From an uncultured Pseudomonadales bacterium (GTDB lineage Bacteria; Patescibacteriota; Microgenomatia; UBA1400; RBG-16-45-19): DNA of 64,000 bases. The DNA is taken from assembly GCA_964441155.1 (NCBI GenBank), contig CAYYKL010000001.1:88393-152392 (forward strand), read 5' to 3'. Both the position numbers and the translations under genes were made by a program. Position 1 is the first letter of the stretch. Each line of letters opens with the position of its first letter. The notes beneath the pieces are model-generated. The model ran no database searches. It had not been told where the DNA came from and saw nothing but the letters and a program-made list of their open reading frames with translations. Of the stretch, positions 1-10,621 are shown in pieces.

Positions 1-745
1 ACACGGCTTTCGCTGCTCCTAAGACCAAACTAAAAAAAGGATTGGCTCTGAAAAGTGCCCACAGACTACCAAGAAGCCCAAATTTATAATCTCGCTTACC
101 TATCCAAGAAGCTTGCAACGAAACATCGCTGGCTGTGGCAGGATTGTGGTGATAGACGATTGCATCATCTGCAGCAATCGCCTCGTGCTTTAATTTTTTT
201 GAAAGCGTCCAATCATCATTGTATCCCGTGTCATCAAATCCACCCACCGAATCAAATGCGCTTTTTTTAATGGCTCGAAACACTTTAGAAGTGTTTGGAT
301 GATTTGTTGGTAAACGCCGATTGGTTTTGCTACCCGTGTATTCATAATTCCAGCATCGAGCCCAAGGATTATCCCAATTACCCACCATTTCAGAGCGTGT
401 GAATGTGCCAAGCATGTTATCTTTTAGTATTGGCATGCACAATGCTTCAATATAGTTTTTATCGAGTACCATGTCGGCATCGACAAAGACCAATATTTCG
501 CCTTGTGACTTTGAAGCAGCCAAATTCCGAGCCTTGGCAGGTCCTGCATGAGACTGTTTAAATATTTGAATTCTCGAGTCTTTTTTTGAAAAACTTTCGA
601 TAATTTTCACTGTTGCATCGGTTGAGCCATCATCCACCACGATGCATTCCCAATCTTCACTTGTTTGCAATTGAACTGATTCTAAGCAAGAACCAATCGA
701 TGTTGCTTCGTTAAAGCAAGGAATAATGATGGTTATTTTATACAT
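1..745 (-). CDS. Glycosyltransferase family 2 (partial; C-terminus beyond window start)
   Basis: My own minus-strand translation from the ATG at 745..743 gives MYKITIIIPCFNEATSIGSCLESVQLQTSEDWECIVVDDGSTDAT...VFVDADM. This carries the GT2 N-terminal D-rich and DxD motifs. The frame stays open to position 1. It is not in the ORF track because there is no stop within the window, and the 190..411 ORF is another frame of the same DNA. Confidence 0.6.
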   Translation of the reverse strand, partial: MYKITIIIPCFNEATSIGSCLESVQLQTSEDWECIVVDDGSTDATVKIIESFSKKDSRIQIFKQSHAGPAKARNLAASKSQGEILVFVDADMVLDKNYIEALCMPILKDNMLGTFTRSEMVGNWDNPWARCWNYEYTGSKTNRRLPTNHPNTSKVFRAIKKSAFDSVGGFDDTGYNDDWTLSKKLKHEAIAADDAIVYHHNPATASDVSLQASWIGKRDYKFGLLGSLWALFRANPFFSLVLGAAKAV

Positions 746-753
746 AATCGCGC

Positions 754-2046
754 TTAGGTAATCGGATCTAATTTATGAGCTCTCTTGCGCACCCACATAA
801 CCAATACAATTGTGGCAATCAAAACTACCAATCGAGAGATAAATCGGGCATATCCCGCGCCTTCAATACCGTAGTGAGGAATCAATAGCGCATTCAAGCC
901 AATCAAACTTATGGTTTGGAGTATGCCACTCAAGGCAAAATAGAGTGGAAATTCAATCGCATAAAATATGGCCACAAACGGTACGGTAGCCAGCACCACA
1001 AAACTAGAAGCTACTAGCCAATGAAGCGGTGTCAAAGCCTGAGCATATGCCTCACCAGCAGTCAGCATCAACAAAATTCGATTAAACGGCAAGCTTATGG
1101 CAATACCAAGCATTGCTGCAGCACTCATGGCAATCGCTTTATTGAGGTAGGTGCTTAAATGTCCTTGATGCGCATAGCGGGCAACCCTGGTATTAAGCAC
1201 TGCTCCTAATGAATACCCCATGACTGCGATAAGCAAACTTATGCGGCTGGCTGCTGCAAACAGTCCCGTTTCAAATTCATTTAAATACATCTTAACCATC
1301 AAGGTATCGACATGATCCACAACAGCCGCAGAGATGACGGCAATAGCTGTGAATTTAGTCATCGCTAGAATGAGCTTTTTGTCCTTCGCTTGAAGCTTGG
1401 ATCGACTGTTAAACCAGGATGGCAAAAACTTCCAAGCTGCAATTACCGATACCAGTGGGGCAAGTGTGTACATAAGATAGATAAAACTGACCGATTCAAT
1501 TTTTTTGACCATGAGCACACCCACAGTTGCCAATTTTAAAATCGATTGCAGAAAGGGCAATAGCGCAGCCTTAACAAATTCTAAAGATGATTGAAGCAAT
1601 ACTAAACCAAAATCATAGGCAATAATTACACCGCTAAAAGCGATGCTCACTTGGACAAGTAACGGCTCTTGAATCCCAAATACCCGCTTAGAAATTATTT
1701 GCCCAAATATAAGTCCAATCACGAAAAGTGCAATACCTATCAAAGCCTTTACTTTTGCAACGGCCACGATAATACTACTTGCCCTTTCATTTTCATGCTC
1801 GTGCAACTGAGACACGTATTTTTGCACCGCCATATTAAGACCAAAGTCACCAAAACGAGCCAAAAACAGCGTGAGTGAAAAAGCTACACTAAACAGGCCA
1901 AATTGCTCAGGTCCGAGTACTCGACTTAAAATGATAAGAGTTACGGCTGAAATCCCCGTGGCAAAAGTGTTAGCACCTACGGTAAGACCAGATTGTCGCA
2001 AGCCTTGAGATCCCAGAATAGATGAAACCCTTGAGTTAATTTTCAT
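754..2046 (-). CDS. Wzx-like polysaccharide flippase (MOP superfamily, Polysacc_synt)
   Basis: 430 aa and polytopic. The N-terminus LSRVLGPEQFGLFSVAFSLTLFLARFGDFGLNMA matches the Polysacc_synt/Wzx signature. Hydrophobic helices occur throughout. Confidence 0.55.
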   Translation of the reverse strand: MKINSRVSSILGSQGLRQSGLTVGANTFATGISAVTLIILSRVLGPEQFGLFSVAFSLTLFLARFGDFGLNMAVQKYVSQLHEHENERASSIIVAVAKVKALIGIALFVIGLIFGQIISKRVFGIQEPLLVQVSIAFSGVIIAYDFGLVLLQSSLEFVKAALLPFLQSILKLATVGVLMVKKIESVSFIYLMYTLAPLVSVIAAWKFLPSWFNSRSKLQAKDKKLILAMTKFTAIAVISAAVVDHVDTLMVKMYLNEFETGLFAAASRISLLIAVMGYSLGAVLNTRVARYAHQGHLSTYLNKAIAMSAAAMLGIAISLPFNRILLMLTAGEAYAQALTPLHWLVASSFVVLATVPFVAIFYAIEFPLYFALSGILQTISLIGLNALLIPHYGIEGAGYARFISRLVVLIATIVLVMWVRKRAHKLDPIT

Positions 2047-2082
2047 TAAAGCATGCCTATAAAACTACTTTAAACTATATTA

Positions 2083-3561
2083 TTAACGAAAATAAATGTG
2101 CTCAAGCGAAGTGAATTCATCTGGAACAAATGTTGGAGGCTCATACCCCTTGATTATAGCTTGATGATCACCTGGTTGTCGCTTTACTATTGCATCTTCG
2201 TCAACGAAAAGCATATTTCTATCAGCATAGTAAAGCAAAAACTTGCCGTAGATCATGGCGTAAGGGTACGAGTAGGTAGTGATAAGTTCATCTGGATCAG
2301 TTAATTCTTTAATTTCATTTCCCACATCATAACCAGTTTTATGCATTGAGCTCTGCTGCAGCACGCTCACAAACTCTTGTCGCTCTAGCAACCCCCATCC
2401 GGACAATAACACTCCAACAAGTAATGTTAGGATCGGAATTTGCTTTCTTATGAAAAGCTTTTGCAATAACCCGATGCCCGTGACTGCAGCTAATGCAATT
2501 CCCGGTCCAGCATAAAAAATCATATATTCGTGAATAAAAGCGGCGTTGCGAAAAATAAGCGCGTGAGCAAATCCATAAAAAAGCAATCCCGAAACCAGGA
2601 GCCATTTTTTTTCTTTAATAATTTTTTCTCTTTGCAGAACTGTGAATAAAACAAGGATAAATATGAAGATTATCAGGAGCACGATTTGAATTCTAGTGAA
2701 GTAGACCAATGCCCATCGAAATTCGTGAACTAGGAATTTTAGGAACGCCAACTGAGTGCCTTCCTCAACTGCAGTCAAGGTTTGAAGTCGCATTGCTAAA
2801 ATTCTGGCTAATCCACCCCCAAAAGCTGAACCGGTTAAAACGAAATTATGAATTAAATGCAGTCCAAATAGTCCAATTTGAGATATCCACAGAGGGGTAA
2901 AACTTTTTAGATCTGCTTTTTTTTGCCACAGCCCATCCATCAAGAACAAAATGGGAGAAAGATAATAGCCAGGCCATCCCAACAAACATAAAAAGATGTT
3001 GCTTGCAAAAAACCATCTCCATCGCAATCTACCCTCTCTCCATCTCAAGAAGGATACCAGCACGAATAATGCAGCTGCCAAAATAATAGGCTCATGCACG
3101 GGCATATTAGCAAAATAACGAAACATTGGAGTGACTATTAACAGAAGGGATGCGGCAACCCCTGAAAACTTGCCCAAATAAACTTCTCCTAAATAGATGG
3201 TTAAGCCGACGGTTAGCAGACTAAAAAGAATAGGAACTAATCTCAGCGACCACTCTTGTTGCCCAAAAATTTTGACACTCAGTGCGAGTAATAATGGCAT
3301 GACAACTGGATGATGCGTGTTGAAAGAAAACTGGGACGTAGCTAAATAGCCCGCATTTTCAGCTTGACCAAACTTTGTAGCCAAAAGTCCGTAGCGGACA
3401 TAGTTTCGAGCAATATTTCCATACTGCACTCCGTTCCAATCATGATGTCCAACAAATGGTTTATTGATGGTCTGCGTTAAAAAATAACCGGCCACTAACA
3501 TTACCAGTATCGCTAGAAAGTTGGTCATTGGGGAGTATTTAGGTGATATCTTTTGAAACAT
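2083..3561 (-). CDS. Polytopic membrane protein, GT-C-type glycosyltransferase-like (ArnT/PMT-like)
   Basis: 492 aa with many TM helices, a large first loop and a C-terminal soluble domain. Fold-level guess only. Confidence 0.4.
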   Translation of the reverse strand: MFQKISPKYSPMTNFLAILVMLVAGYFLTQTINKPFVGHHDWNGVQYGNIARNYVRYGLLATKFGQAENAGYLATSQFSFNTHHPVVMPLLLALSVKIFGQQEWSLRLVPILFSLLTVGLTIYLGEVYLGKFSGVAASLLLIVTPMFRYFANMPVHEPIILAAALFVLVSFLRWREGRLRWRWFFASNIFLCLLGWPGYYLSPILFLMDGLWQKKADLKSFTPLWISQIGLFGLHLIHNFVLTGSAFGGGLARILAMRLQTLTAVEEGTQLAFLKFLVHEFRWALVYFTRIQIVLLIIFIFILVLFTVLQREKIIKEKKWLLVSGLLFYGFAHALIFRNAAFIHEYMIFYAGPGIALAAVTGIGLLQKLFIRKQIPILTLLVGVLLSGWGLLERQEFVSVLQQSSMHKTGYDVGNEIKELTDPDELITTYSYPYAMIYGKFLLYYADRNMLFVDEDAIVKRQPGDHQAIIKGYEPPTFVPDEFTSLEHIYFR

Positions 3562-3590
3562 GAAAACTCTGATTTAAGCCAAGAATGAGA

Positions 3591-4679
3591 CTAAATTATT
3601 GAGTGGAGCAGTTCTTTATATTTATTGGCAATCCTATCTTCACTATACCGCTTCAGATTACTCACAGACAATGCCTGATCATATGAAGAACTTGACTTTG
3701 CAATTAATGCTGCAAATTCCTCTACCTTGCTCGGATTAACGTATGTCGCTGAATCTCCCAAAATATAGCGACGAGATGGGTCATCTGTGGTTACAATTGG
3801 CAATCCACATGCCTGGGCTTCCAACAATACCATCCCAAATGCTTCTTGGGTTTCGCTCGTCAATACAAACACATCACTCGCTCGATAATGCGAAGCAATT
3901 GATTCATGTGACACTTCAATTATTTGAAATCGATCACCTAGCAATTCATCCGCTAATTGTTGCAAATGTTGCCGCTCTTCTCCTTGTCCAATAACTAGCA
4001 GTGACCACTCGGGTAACAGCGCGACAGCTCGGATCACCGCATCAATCCGCTTATATTTTGTCAAAGCAGCAACAGTCAAAACCACAGGTTTTTTAAGTGA
4101 TATTTGAGCAGGCACAATCGACTCATTAAACATATTTGTGTCAATGGGTAACGGAATGGTAACGATTTTTGTTTTTGGTTGAATCTTGCTCGCCCACTCG
4201 TGCATCGGTTCGGTCAGCGCAACAAAAAAATCGGGCTTAAGTTTCAGGTTTTGCGCATCTGTCCAACCAATTCCAGCCAAACCAATCACCATAATTCTAA
4301 ACGATTTGAATAATTGAAGTACTTTGCAGATTAGAATTTCCCAGAAACCATCAACGGGAATGAAGAGATTATAGTTATCCTTAGAGAGGTAAGGCAGAGC
4401 TCTGAGTGAAAAAGCAAGTGTGCCAATTCCACGTTTGTTTATATTTAATCTCTCTAATATTTTTCCGACTGTGGTAACTGGCTTGTGAGCTGAAGGTTTC
4501 AGTGGCAATGCAAGGCGTATAGTTTTATAAAGATTAGAATTATCTTTATTTGACTCTCCTGCTTGAAAAACGGTCACTTCGTGGTTTAAGTTGCAAAATA
4601 TTTTGGCAAGAGAATACGCAGCCGTTTCTGCACCGCGCTCGACCACCCCCCCACTTAATAAAAGAATGGCTATTTTCAT
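3591..4679 (-). CDS. Glycosyltransferase family 4 (GT-B, Glycos_transf_1)
   Basis: C-terminal motif VFVLTSETQEAFGMVLLEAQACGLPIVTTDD, which is the E-x7-E GT4 signature. ATG at 4679 confirmed. Confidence 0.8.
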   Translation of the reverse strand: MKIAILLLSGGVVERGAETAAYSLAKIFCNLNHEVTVFQAGESNKDNSNLYKTIRLALPLKPSAHKPVTTVGKILERLNINKRGIGTLAFSLRALPYLSKDNYNLFIPVDGFWEILICKVLQLFKSFRIMVIGLAGIGWTDAQNLKLKPDFFVALTEPMHEWASKIQPKTKIVTIPLPIDTNMFNESIVPAQISLKKPVVLTVAALTKYKRIDAVIRAVALLPEWSLLVIGQGEERQHLQQLADELLGDRFQIIEVSHESIASHYRASDVFVLTSETQEAFGMVLLEAQACGLPIVTTDDPSRRYILGDSATYVNPSKVEEFAALIAKSSSSYDQALSVSNLKRYSEDRIANKYKELLHSII

Positions 4680-5494
4680 AAGAATTTTCTTTTTATTATT
4701 TTTAATGGAGTAAGTACAGCTGCCGAAAACGCATATGACATACTCCTATGCTGCAGAGGATCGGGGATCATTGGTGGTCTTTTTGAATAAAAAACTTCGG
4801 GCAAACTCGAAGCAGGCAATTTTTTACCCCACTCTTGTTTGAATTTATCTCGATGAAATGTATCAGCAAGTGTTGCTCCCAAAGACGATCGTTTGAGATA
4901 CGTCGCATGAAGATACCGATTAGAGGTGACGGCGAACATATCAGGAGCGTATAACAATAATGCCTTGCCATTCGAATCATAAAATCCTTCATTGGGATAT
5001 TCGCCTTTAAGCATGAGACCCGGAGATGTTGTTCTAATGAGTCTAGGTGAGTAATGCGCTATATGTCCAAAAATATTGTAGCCACCAACCGTTTCATTTG
5101 ATTGATAATGAAACATGTCTCCAAGCATGTCGTGGCGACGAACGAGCACTCCGACCAAATCAGTATTGCTAAATATAATTTCGTGAATTTCTGAACACGT
5201 TTTTTCAGGATATATTTCATCTGCATCTATCATCCATAACCAATCTGTTTTTGTTTGATCAAGTTGTTGTTGTCTTAGTGTAACTATTTCAGCTGGAGTC
5301 TTAGCGTTTGTTTGACGAAATTCAATTTTTGGATTTTTAAATGATTGAATAATTGGAATTGTTTGGTCACTTGATCCTGTATCGCTAATGAGAAACCGAT
5401 CAACGTGCTTCAAAGTTGATTGAATGGCAAACCACACCCATTGGTCATCGTTTTTGACAATCATATGGGCAGTGATGCTGGGTCTAGTTTTCAT
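4676..5494 (-). CDS. Glycosyltransferase family 2-like
   Basis: N-terminal HMIVKNDD...DTGSSD and a DxD-like WMIDADE motif. There is a 4-bp overlap with the downstream GT4. Confidence 0.5.
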   Translation of the reverse strand: MKTRPSITAHMIVKNDDQWVWFAIQSTLKHVDRFLISDTGSSDQTIPIIQSFKNPKIEFRQTNAKTPAEIVTLRQQQLDQTKTDWLWMIDADEIYPEKTCSEIHEIIFSNTDLVGVLVRRHDMLGDMFHYQSNETVGGYNIFGHIAHYSPRLIRTTSPGLMLKGEYPNEGFYDSNGKALLLYAPDMFAVTSNRYLHATYLKRSSLGATLADTFHRDKFKQEWGKKLPASSLPEVFYSKRPPMIPDPLQHRSMSYAFSAAVLTPLKIIKRKFL

Positions 5495-5503
5495 AAGACG
5501 TGC

Positions 5504-7123
5504 TTAATTACTTTTATATAATCGAATGCGCTCGCTGCCACTTGAGTAAAGCAGGTTTGCCTCATTTACATAGTCAGGAGCTTGAGCTTCGTAAACCAAC
5601 ACATGCGTCGCTTCATCCAGATTACCATAACTTGCATGCTGAACTTTAAATGGCGCGTAATAGAGATTTGCTCTGCCTACCACATGAACCAAGTCTGAAT
5701 CGGAAACAAAGCTTGCCAACTCTTTATTGGTATCCAAAATATTGGTTTTCAAATTTAAATTTTTTGCTAAATACGCTTGCTTTGATTGCTTTCCAAGTAG
5801 CACGGGAAGTACTTTTTCATTTAGTTTAATTCGAACCAGCAGGTTAAAGCTCGCAATAATTACAACTAAGGCAAAAAGTCCTTTTTGCATCCATGGCATG
5901 GATAAAGATTTTGATTCTACTGAAAACACGCTGCTCACGACTATCGCCCAAATCGGTATATAAGGTAGCAAGAAACGCGTGCCCCCCGTACGCGGCAACA
6001 ATAACCAAACCCCAAAAGTAAAAAGTGCGTAAAGCGACAAAAAACTGAATAGCTTGTTCTTTCTCATAAGGATAAATGATATGGGCAGCAATACTACAAA
6101 TAAGGGAGATATAGCTTGATCCCATAAGCTTTTGTCTAAACTCAAAAATATCGGAGATTGCACCCATTGCCATACACTTTCAGGGTTTGGAGCATACGAG
6201 TTATCGATAAACTTAGTGAACAATGGATAGACAGGATTTCCTGTGTAGTAAAACGCCCGTGCAAACCAAGCAAACGATGTTATTAATATTCCAAGTATAA
6301 ATAGTCCAATTGATTTTAGTTTATTCGATTTATTGGCATAGATAATGATCAAGATCCCCATAACCCCGATACTTGCGACGCTTAAATATTTTGTGGAGAG
6401 AGCCAGTCCCATCACCATGCCGGCTTTAAAAAGTTTCTCAATTGATGGTTTTTCCCACCAACGCACGAACAAGTAGACGCCAACAAGCTCAAAAAAACTC
6501 CGTCCTAAATCTATGTTTGCGGTTGAGCTCGACCAGCTAAAGCTGAGGTCAACTATCACCATGAGCGTTGCAATCAAGGTAGCTTTAATACCCCAGCGCG
6601 GCCAGCTTAGAAGTATAACTACTATCAGAGTCAATAATCCAAATCCCAAATGAATAAGCTTTGCCCCAATTTCATTGCCAAAAACGAGTGCAGGGATAAA
6701 TAGCATTTCAATAAGTTGCGGCATGCCACTGTAATAAAAAGTGTCCCCAGGAAAAAACTCCAACCTCCCTGACTGCAGATATAGCTTTGGCAGGGTTAGG
6801 TGATACCACAGCGCGTCATGTTGCAACTCAGGACCCAAAGCACCGATTAACAGAATCACAAAACCACAACCAATCAAGCCGATAATCACCCACCACCAGG
6901 ACTCCTTTTTAAGCAATGCTCGCAAGTCATTCCCTAGGCGCTCAAGTGTTTGATGAATTAGTTTTTTTCGCGTAAAAGCCAACCAGAAACCGATTAGCCA
7001 CCAAATAATAGTGGTAATGAGTATGGGTGTGAAAGCTAATCTCTGGAACAGGCCGAGAGCAAAAATCGCGTATGCATAGCTGCCAATATAGGCGGCCAGA
7101 GCAAACATGCTTAACTCCCACAC
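5504..7123 (-). CDS. Polytopic membrane protein, GT-C-like glycosyltransferase (family unclear)
   Basis: 539 aa with at least 10 predicted TM segments followed by a C-terminal soluble domain. The track start at 7123 is GTG, and the first in-frame ATG is at 7108. Confidence 0.4.
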   Translation of the reverse strand: MWELSMFALAAYIGSYAYAIFALGLFQRLAFTPILITTIIWWLIGFWLAFTRKKLIHQTLERLGNDLRALLKKESWWWVIIGLIGCGFVILLIGALGPELQHDALWYHLTLPKLYLQSGRLEFFPGDTFYYSGMPQLIEMLFIPALVFGNEIGAKLIHLGFGLLTLIVVILLSWPRWGIKATLIATLMVIVDLSFSWSSSTANIDLGRSFFELVGVYLFVRWWEKPSIEKLFKAGMVMGLALSTKYLSVASIGVMGILIIIYANKSNKLKSIGLFILGILITSFAWFARAFYYTGNPVYPLFTKFIDNSYAPNPESVWQWVQSPIFLSLDKSLWDQAISPLFVVLLPISFILMRKNKLFSFLSLYALFTFGVWLLLPRTGGTRFLLPYIPIWAIVVSSVFSVESKSLSMPWMQKGLFALVVIIASFNLLVRIKLNEKVLPVLLGKQSKQAYLAKNLNLKTNILDTNKELASFVSDSDLVHVVGRANLYYAPFKVQHASYGNLDEATHVLVYEAQAPDYVNEANLLYSSGSERIRLYKSN

Positions 7124-7232
7124 TTAAGCAATACCGGACAAAGAATCGACTTCATGTAAAAGGCGCTGTATAGCACGCTTGCCGTAAACCATAGTACGAT
7201 ACCTATGACTTCTAACCATTTACTGTTTATGG

Positions 7233-8462
7233 ATGAGCGATATGGTGCATCGAATTTTATTAGGCGTAGCAGTTTGCGCATGGATACTACTTTTAATCCT
7301 TCAAATTCACAATAGCACGCACTACCCAACCCGTAAAAGCTTTGATGCCGCGGGGCATATCGAATATCTAAATCTACTTAAAACAAACTTTCGCGTTCCC
7401 CTTGCCAACGAAGGCTGGGAACTATATCAGCCGCCTCTGTATTATGGTCTACACTATTGGCTTCCCAACCTTAAACTAGTTCAATTTGCTGGAGTGATCT
7501 GGTGGGTGGCAATAAGCGCGCTTGCCTTGACAACCTTCAGATTGCTTTTCAAAGATACATTATTTGCAATTAGCGGAGCGTTGTTTGTCGCTAGCTTACC
7601 GGTTATCGTGTACCTAACCCCAGCCATTGGTAATGAGTTTTTCTCGACACTACTTATAAGCTTGGGACTCTTCCTTTACTTGCGATTTAAAAAGCATCCA
7701 AGCACCAAGAGCATGCTCGTATTAAGCATCGTTCTGGGCTTAGCTCTTCTAGCCAAAGCAACTGCCCTCGTGCTCGTGGCTGCGATAGCGATAGACGTTT
7801 TATATTTGACGATAAAAAAAAGCCCAGCACATAGCTTGAAACTATTAATCACCATTTTGTGCATCGCCGCGAGCATTGGTGGCTGGTTTTATGTACGAAA
7901 CTTTTTGGCCTTTGGCAATCCATTTCAATCCTCCATTGATTTCCCGCAATTTCACATTGTTCAAGAACCTGGTTATCGAGATCTCGGATTTTTCACCGAT
8001 CTGAGTGGTTTTTGGAATATGGATCTGTTTCGCGCGCACTGGTATTCACTCATTCCAGGAACTTACTTTAGTTTCTTCTACGACGGTCACAATGCGGTCA
8101 TTCCGGTACAGTCATATTCTTTGGCAGGAATCTTGCTCGTACTGGCATCGGTACCTTTTGTGGCATTAATCGGCATAGGATTTGTGCGAAGTGTTAAAAA
8201 TTTTAGAAAAGAAGAGGCAAGGGTGTTTGTAATCTATGTAGTTTTACTATTAGCAGCATATATTGCCTACAATTTTAAGTTGCCCTTTTATTCCACCGTC
8301 AAAGGCGCTTTTATTGCAAGTCTGGCTCTGCCTTTAGGATACTTTATGCTTAAGTCCTTGCGTCAATTTCCCCAAATGATTCAGCAGTTATTTGTGGTGT
8401 ATCAATGTGCCTACGTCGTGCTCATTATCAAAAACTTTTGGATTCTGCCTCATTGGTTTTGA
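7233..8462 (+). CDS. Polytopic membrane protein, GT-C-like
   Basis: 409 aa and multi-TM, containing NEGWELYQPPLYYGLHY. Its 3' end overlaps the convergent gene by about 35 bp. Confidence 0.35.
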   Translation: MSDMVHRILLGVAVCAWILLLILQIHNSTHYPTRKSFDAAGHIEYLNLLKTNFRVPLANEGWELYQPPLYYGLHYWLPNLKLVQFAGVIWWVAISALALTTFRLLFKDTLFAISGALFVASLPVIVYLTPAIGNEFFSTLLISLGLFLYLRFKKHPSTKSMLVLSIVLGLALLAKATALVLVAAIAIDVLYLTIKKSPAHSLKLLITILCIAASIGGWFYVRNFLAFGNPFQSSIDFPQFHIVQEPGYRDLGFFTDLSGFWNMDLFRAHWYSLIPGTYFSFFYDGHNAVIPVQSYSLAGILLVLASVPFVALIGIGFVRSVKNFRKEEARVFVIYVVLLLAAYIAYNFKLPFYSTVKGAFIASLALPLGYFMLKSLRQFPQMIQQLFVVYQCAYVVLIIKNFWILPHWF

Positions 8463-9936
8463 TAGTGATTTTTTCTGCCTCAAAGTTTGCCGTCACACGC
8501 GCACTTCCTTGATCGACTGGTTTATTATTTTCATCATAGAGCCAACCAATAATGGAATCGACATAGCTGGACGCAGGCGCGTGGTCAGCCTGATGCAATA
8601 GATATATGAGCCCATAGCCGCTACAACTGTCTCCCGTTTCATGCAGGGAGTAGTTTCTTGGGTTGGTTTGGGCAATGACTTGCGACACAGCCTTATTTTT
8701 AACTTGAAGACCATAAGGGTGTTTGAGGAAAAGTAATTGCCAGAGATTTGCTAAAAAGAGAACACTTAACAAGGCAATTGTCACCCTAAAGTGAATTCTC
8801 TTGCCTAATGCATCCAATCCAAAAGCAATTAGCCCAAGTGCGGGGACAACTAATGAAAAGGCATAATATTCCTGAATACGACCTGGGTACAGTAGCAGGC
8901 TCGCTAAACCAAAAAGCGCACCAACAACAAGCAGTTGAATGGAACGGTTTCTAAACGCTTTCGCGACAAACACACTGCTTGCTAAGGCCACCGCAAATCC
9001 ATACCAATGAAAACCATTTTTTAAAGCCTGCGCGCATGTCGCAAGTTCTGCAGAAATGTTTGTGCTTGATAATTTCATGAGCAACAACTTAGCAGGCAGC
9101 GTGAAGGGGAATCCCCAATAATATGGTGTCTCCGGTGATTCGAGGTTTTTTGCCCCTTGAACCAGTGCTTCAAATGCCCTCACTTGGAGCCAGTCGTGCC
9201 GCAACTCGAACACAAATAGCGAAAGCAAAAGGAGCATCATGGATATCACTAACCCTATCCATTCCCGTACCGACAGCTTGGTAGTAAAGTGCAACCAAAT
9301 AAAAACAAATGGGATCAGCCAGAGCAAACTCAAATTTATGTGAAAGAGTAATCCTAAACATGTTCCTATTAACACCGCATATTTCAGTCGAGAATGCTTG
9401 AAACTCTTTAATTCTTTTTGACTGAGCTTATGAAGTGCCATAAAAATGAGCGCGATTACAAATGTCATTGGTGTGGGGTTAAAAAATTTCCTTTCAAGTA
9501 AAGCAAGTGGCAACGACGCTGCATGCAATAAGCTCATAATTAAGCCAACTCTTTTAGAAAAGAGTGTTGTGCCCAGCCAAAACATCACATAAGTCGTGAG
9601 CAAACCAAATGTCGAAGCAAACACCGCACCAGCCACTGCTTGGTTATTAAATAGCACAAAAAATGGCGCCGCAGCATAGAAATATAACGGTCCCAAGTAA
9701 AGTCCCGTGCCTGCTGCATTCACCCCAATTGCCGGAAAGTGTTTGCCCGTAGATATCCGTTGAACATGAAAGGCAATCACTTCTTCGTCGAGGGAAAAAT
9801 TAAAGAGACTTGAAAGATTATAAAACCTGAAGAAAAAGCTTATTCCCAATACGAGCGCGAGCAAACCAAGATGTCTATTTTTCTTTAGAAAGTTGTTCAT
9901 TAAACTCCAACATAAATTGAAAAGACTGCTCATCAA
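8428..9936 (-). CDS. ArnT/PMT_2-like GT-C membrane glycosyltransferase
   Basis: 502 aa. After the first TM helix there is an RFYNLSSLFNFSLDEEVIAFH loop with a DE motif, as in ArnT/GT39/GT83. The track start at 9936 is TTG, with an ATG at 9933. Confidence 0.5.
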   Translation of the reverse strand: MMSSLFNLCWSLMNNFLKKNRHLGLLALVLGISFFFRFYNLSSLFNFSLDEEVIAFHVQRISTGKHFPAIGVNAAGTGLYLGPLYFYAAAPFFVLFNNQAVAGAVFASTFGLLTTYVMFWLGTTLFSKRVGLIMSLLHAASLPLALLERKFFNPTPMTFVIALIFMALHKLSQKELKSFKHSRLKYAVLIGTCLGLLFHINLSLLWLIPFVFIWLHFTTKLSVREWIGLVISMMLLLLSLFVFELRHDWLQVRAFEALVQGAKNLESPETPYYWGFPFTLPAKLLLMKLSSTNISAELATCAQALKNGFHWYGFAVALASSVFVAKAFRNRSIQLLVVGALFGLASLLLYPGRIQEYYAFSLVVPALGLIAFGLDALGKRIHFRVTIALLSVLFLANLWQLLFLKHPYGLQVKNKAVSQVIAQTNPRNYSLHETGDSCSGYGLIYLLHQADHAPASSYVDSIIGWLYDENNKPVDQGSARVTANFEAEKITIKTNEAESKSF

Positions 9937-10621
9937 ACGCCTCGGACAAAATTTTCAAATTCGGAATAACGCAGTGACCCCCAATAGGCCCTTCGATATA
10001 CTTTAAAATCGGCCGCCTGACATGGGGCAAGCTTTGGGCATAACCTTCGTTATAAACCTCTGAAAACCGCGTATACACTTGTTCGAAATTTGTATTCGTT
10101 TTCTCGGTTAACTTTTTAACCATTTTATTAAAAACAATATTCCAGCCATAATAAGTGGTGCACAAGAGCTTAGCCAATTCTGAATCTTCCGGAGAATCAA
10201 ATCTGGCAATTTTTGGTGCCCCCAAATCTAACCAGTGCGCCTTGGCAAGCTTAAAAGCAACATCGTCCATCGCTCCGATAACTTTAGTAAAGTGGGTTTG
10301 ATACTTCGCTAAGTGTGGATGAACGCCCATGATGGGGGAATGAATACATAAAGTTTTTGTGACTGCTGCAACTTGCCTGGTTGTTCCTGGAGCGACCGTT
10401 GAGTTAATAATTATTAGCTTTGGTTTCGCGAGTTTGGTCGCAGCCTCAATCGATGCAATAAAACTTTCATTGAACGGGATGCATACATGCAAAATATCGA
10501 GGTCATTATTTTGAATGGTGTCGTGATCGAGGTCTTTAGTGAGAATAGTATATTTGCCTTGAGCCAGTTCACTCACTGCCCTGCCCACTTCCCCCATGCC
10601 CAATATGCCAATCGTTTGCAT
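9875..10621 (-). CDS. Short UDP-glucose/GDP-mannose dehydrogenase family-like oxidoreductase
   Basis: The N-terminus has a Rossmann motif IGILGMGEVG. INSTVAPGTT resembles the UDPGDH STVPPGTT motif. GPIGGHCVIPN resembles the catalytic GGxCxxK/N cysteine motif. At 248 aa it is far shorter than canonical members of about 400 aa. Confidence 0.4.
   Translation of the reverse strand: MQTIGILGMGEVGRAVSELAQGKYTILTKDLDHDTIQNNDLDILHVCIPFNESFIASIEAATKLAKPKLIIINSTVAPGTTRQVAAVTKTLCIHSPIMGVHPHLAKYQTHFTKVIGAMDDVAFKLAKAHWLDLGAPKIARFDSPEDSELAKLLCTTYYGWNIVFNKMVKKLTEKTNTNFEQVYTRFSEVYNEGYAQSLPHVRRPILKYIEGPIGGHCVIPNLKILSEAFDEQSFQFMLEFNEQLSKEK

Noticed and set aside
55-411. Track ORFs 55..270 (+) and 190..411 (-)
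   Set aside because: They lie inside a continuous minus-strand GT2 reading frame (1..745) that carries clear GT2 motifs. They are alternative-frame artefacts.
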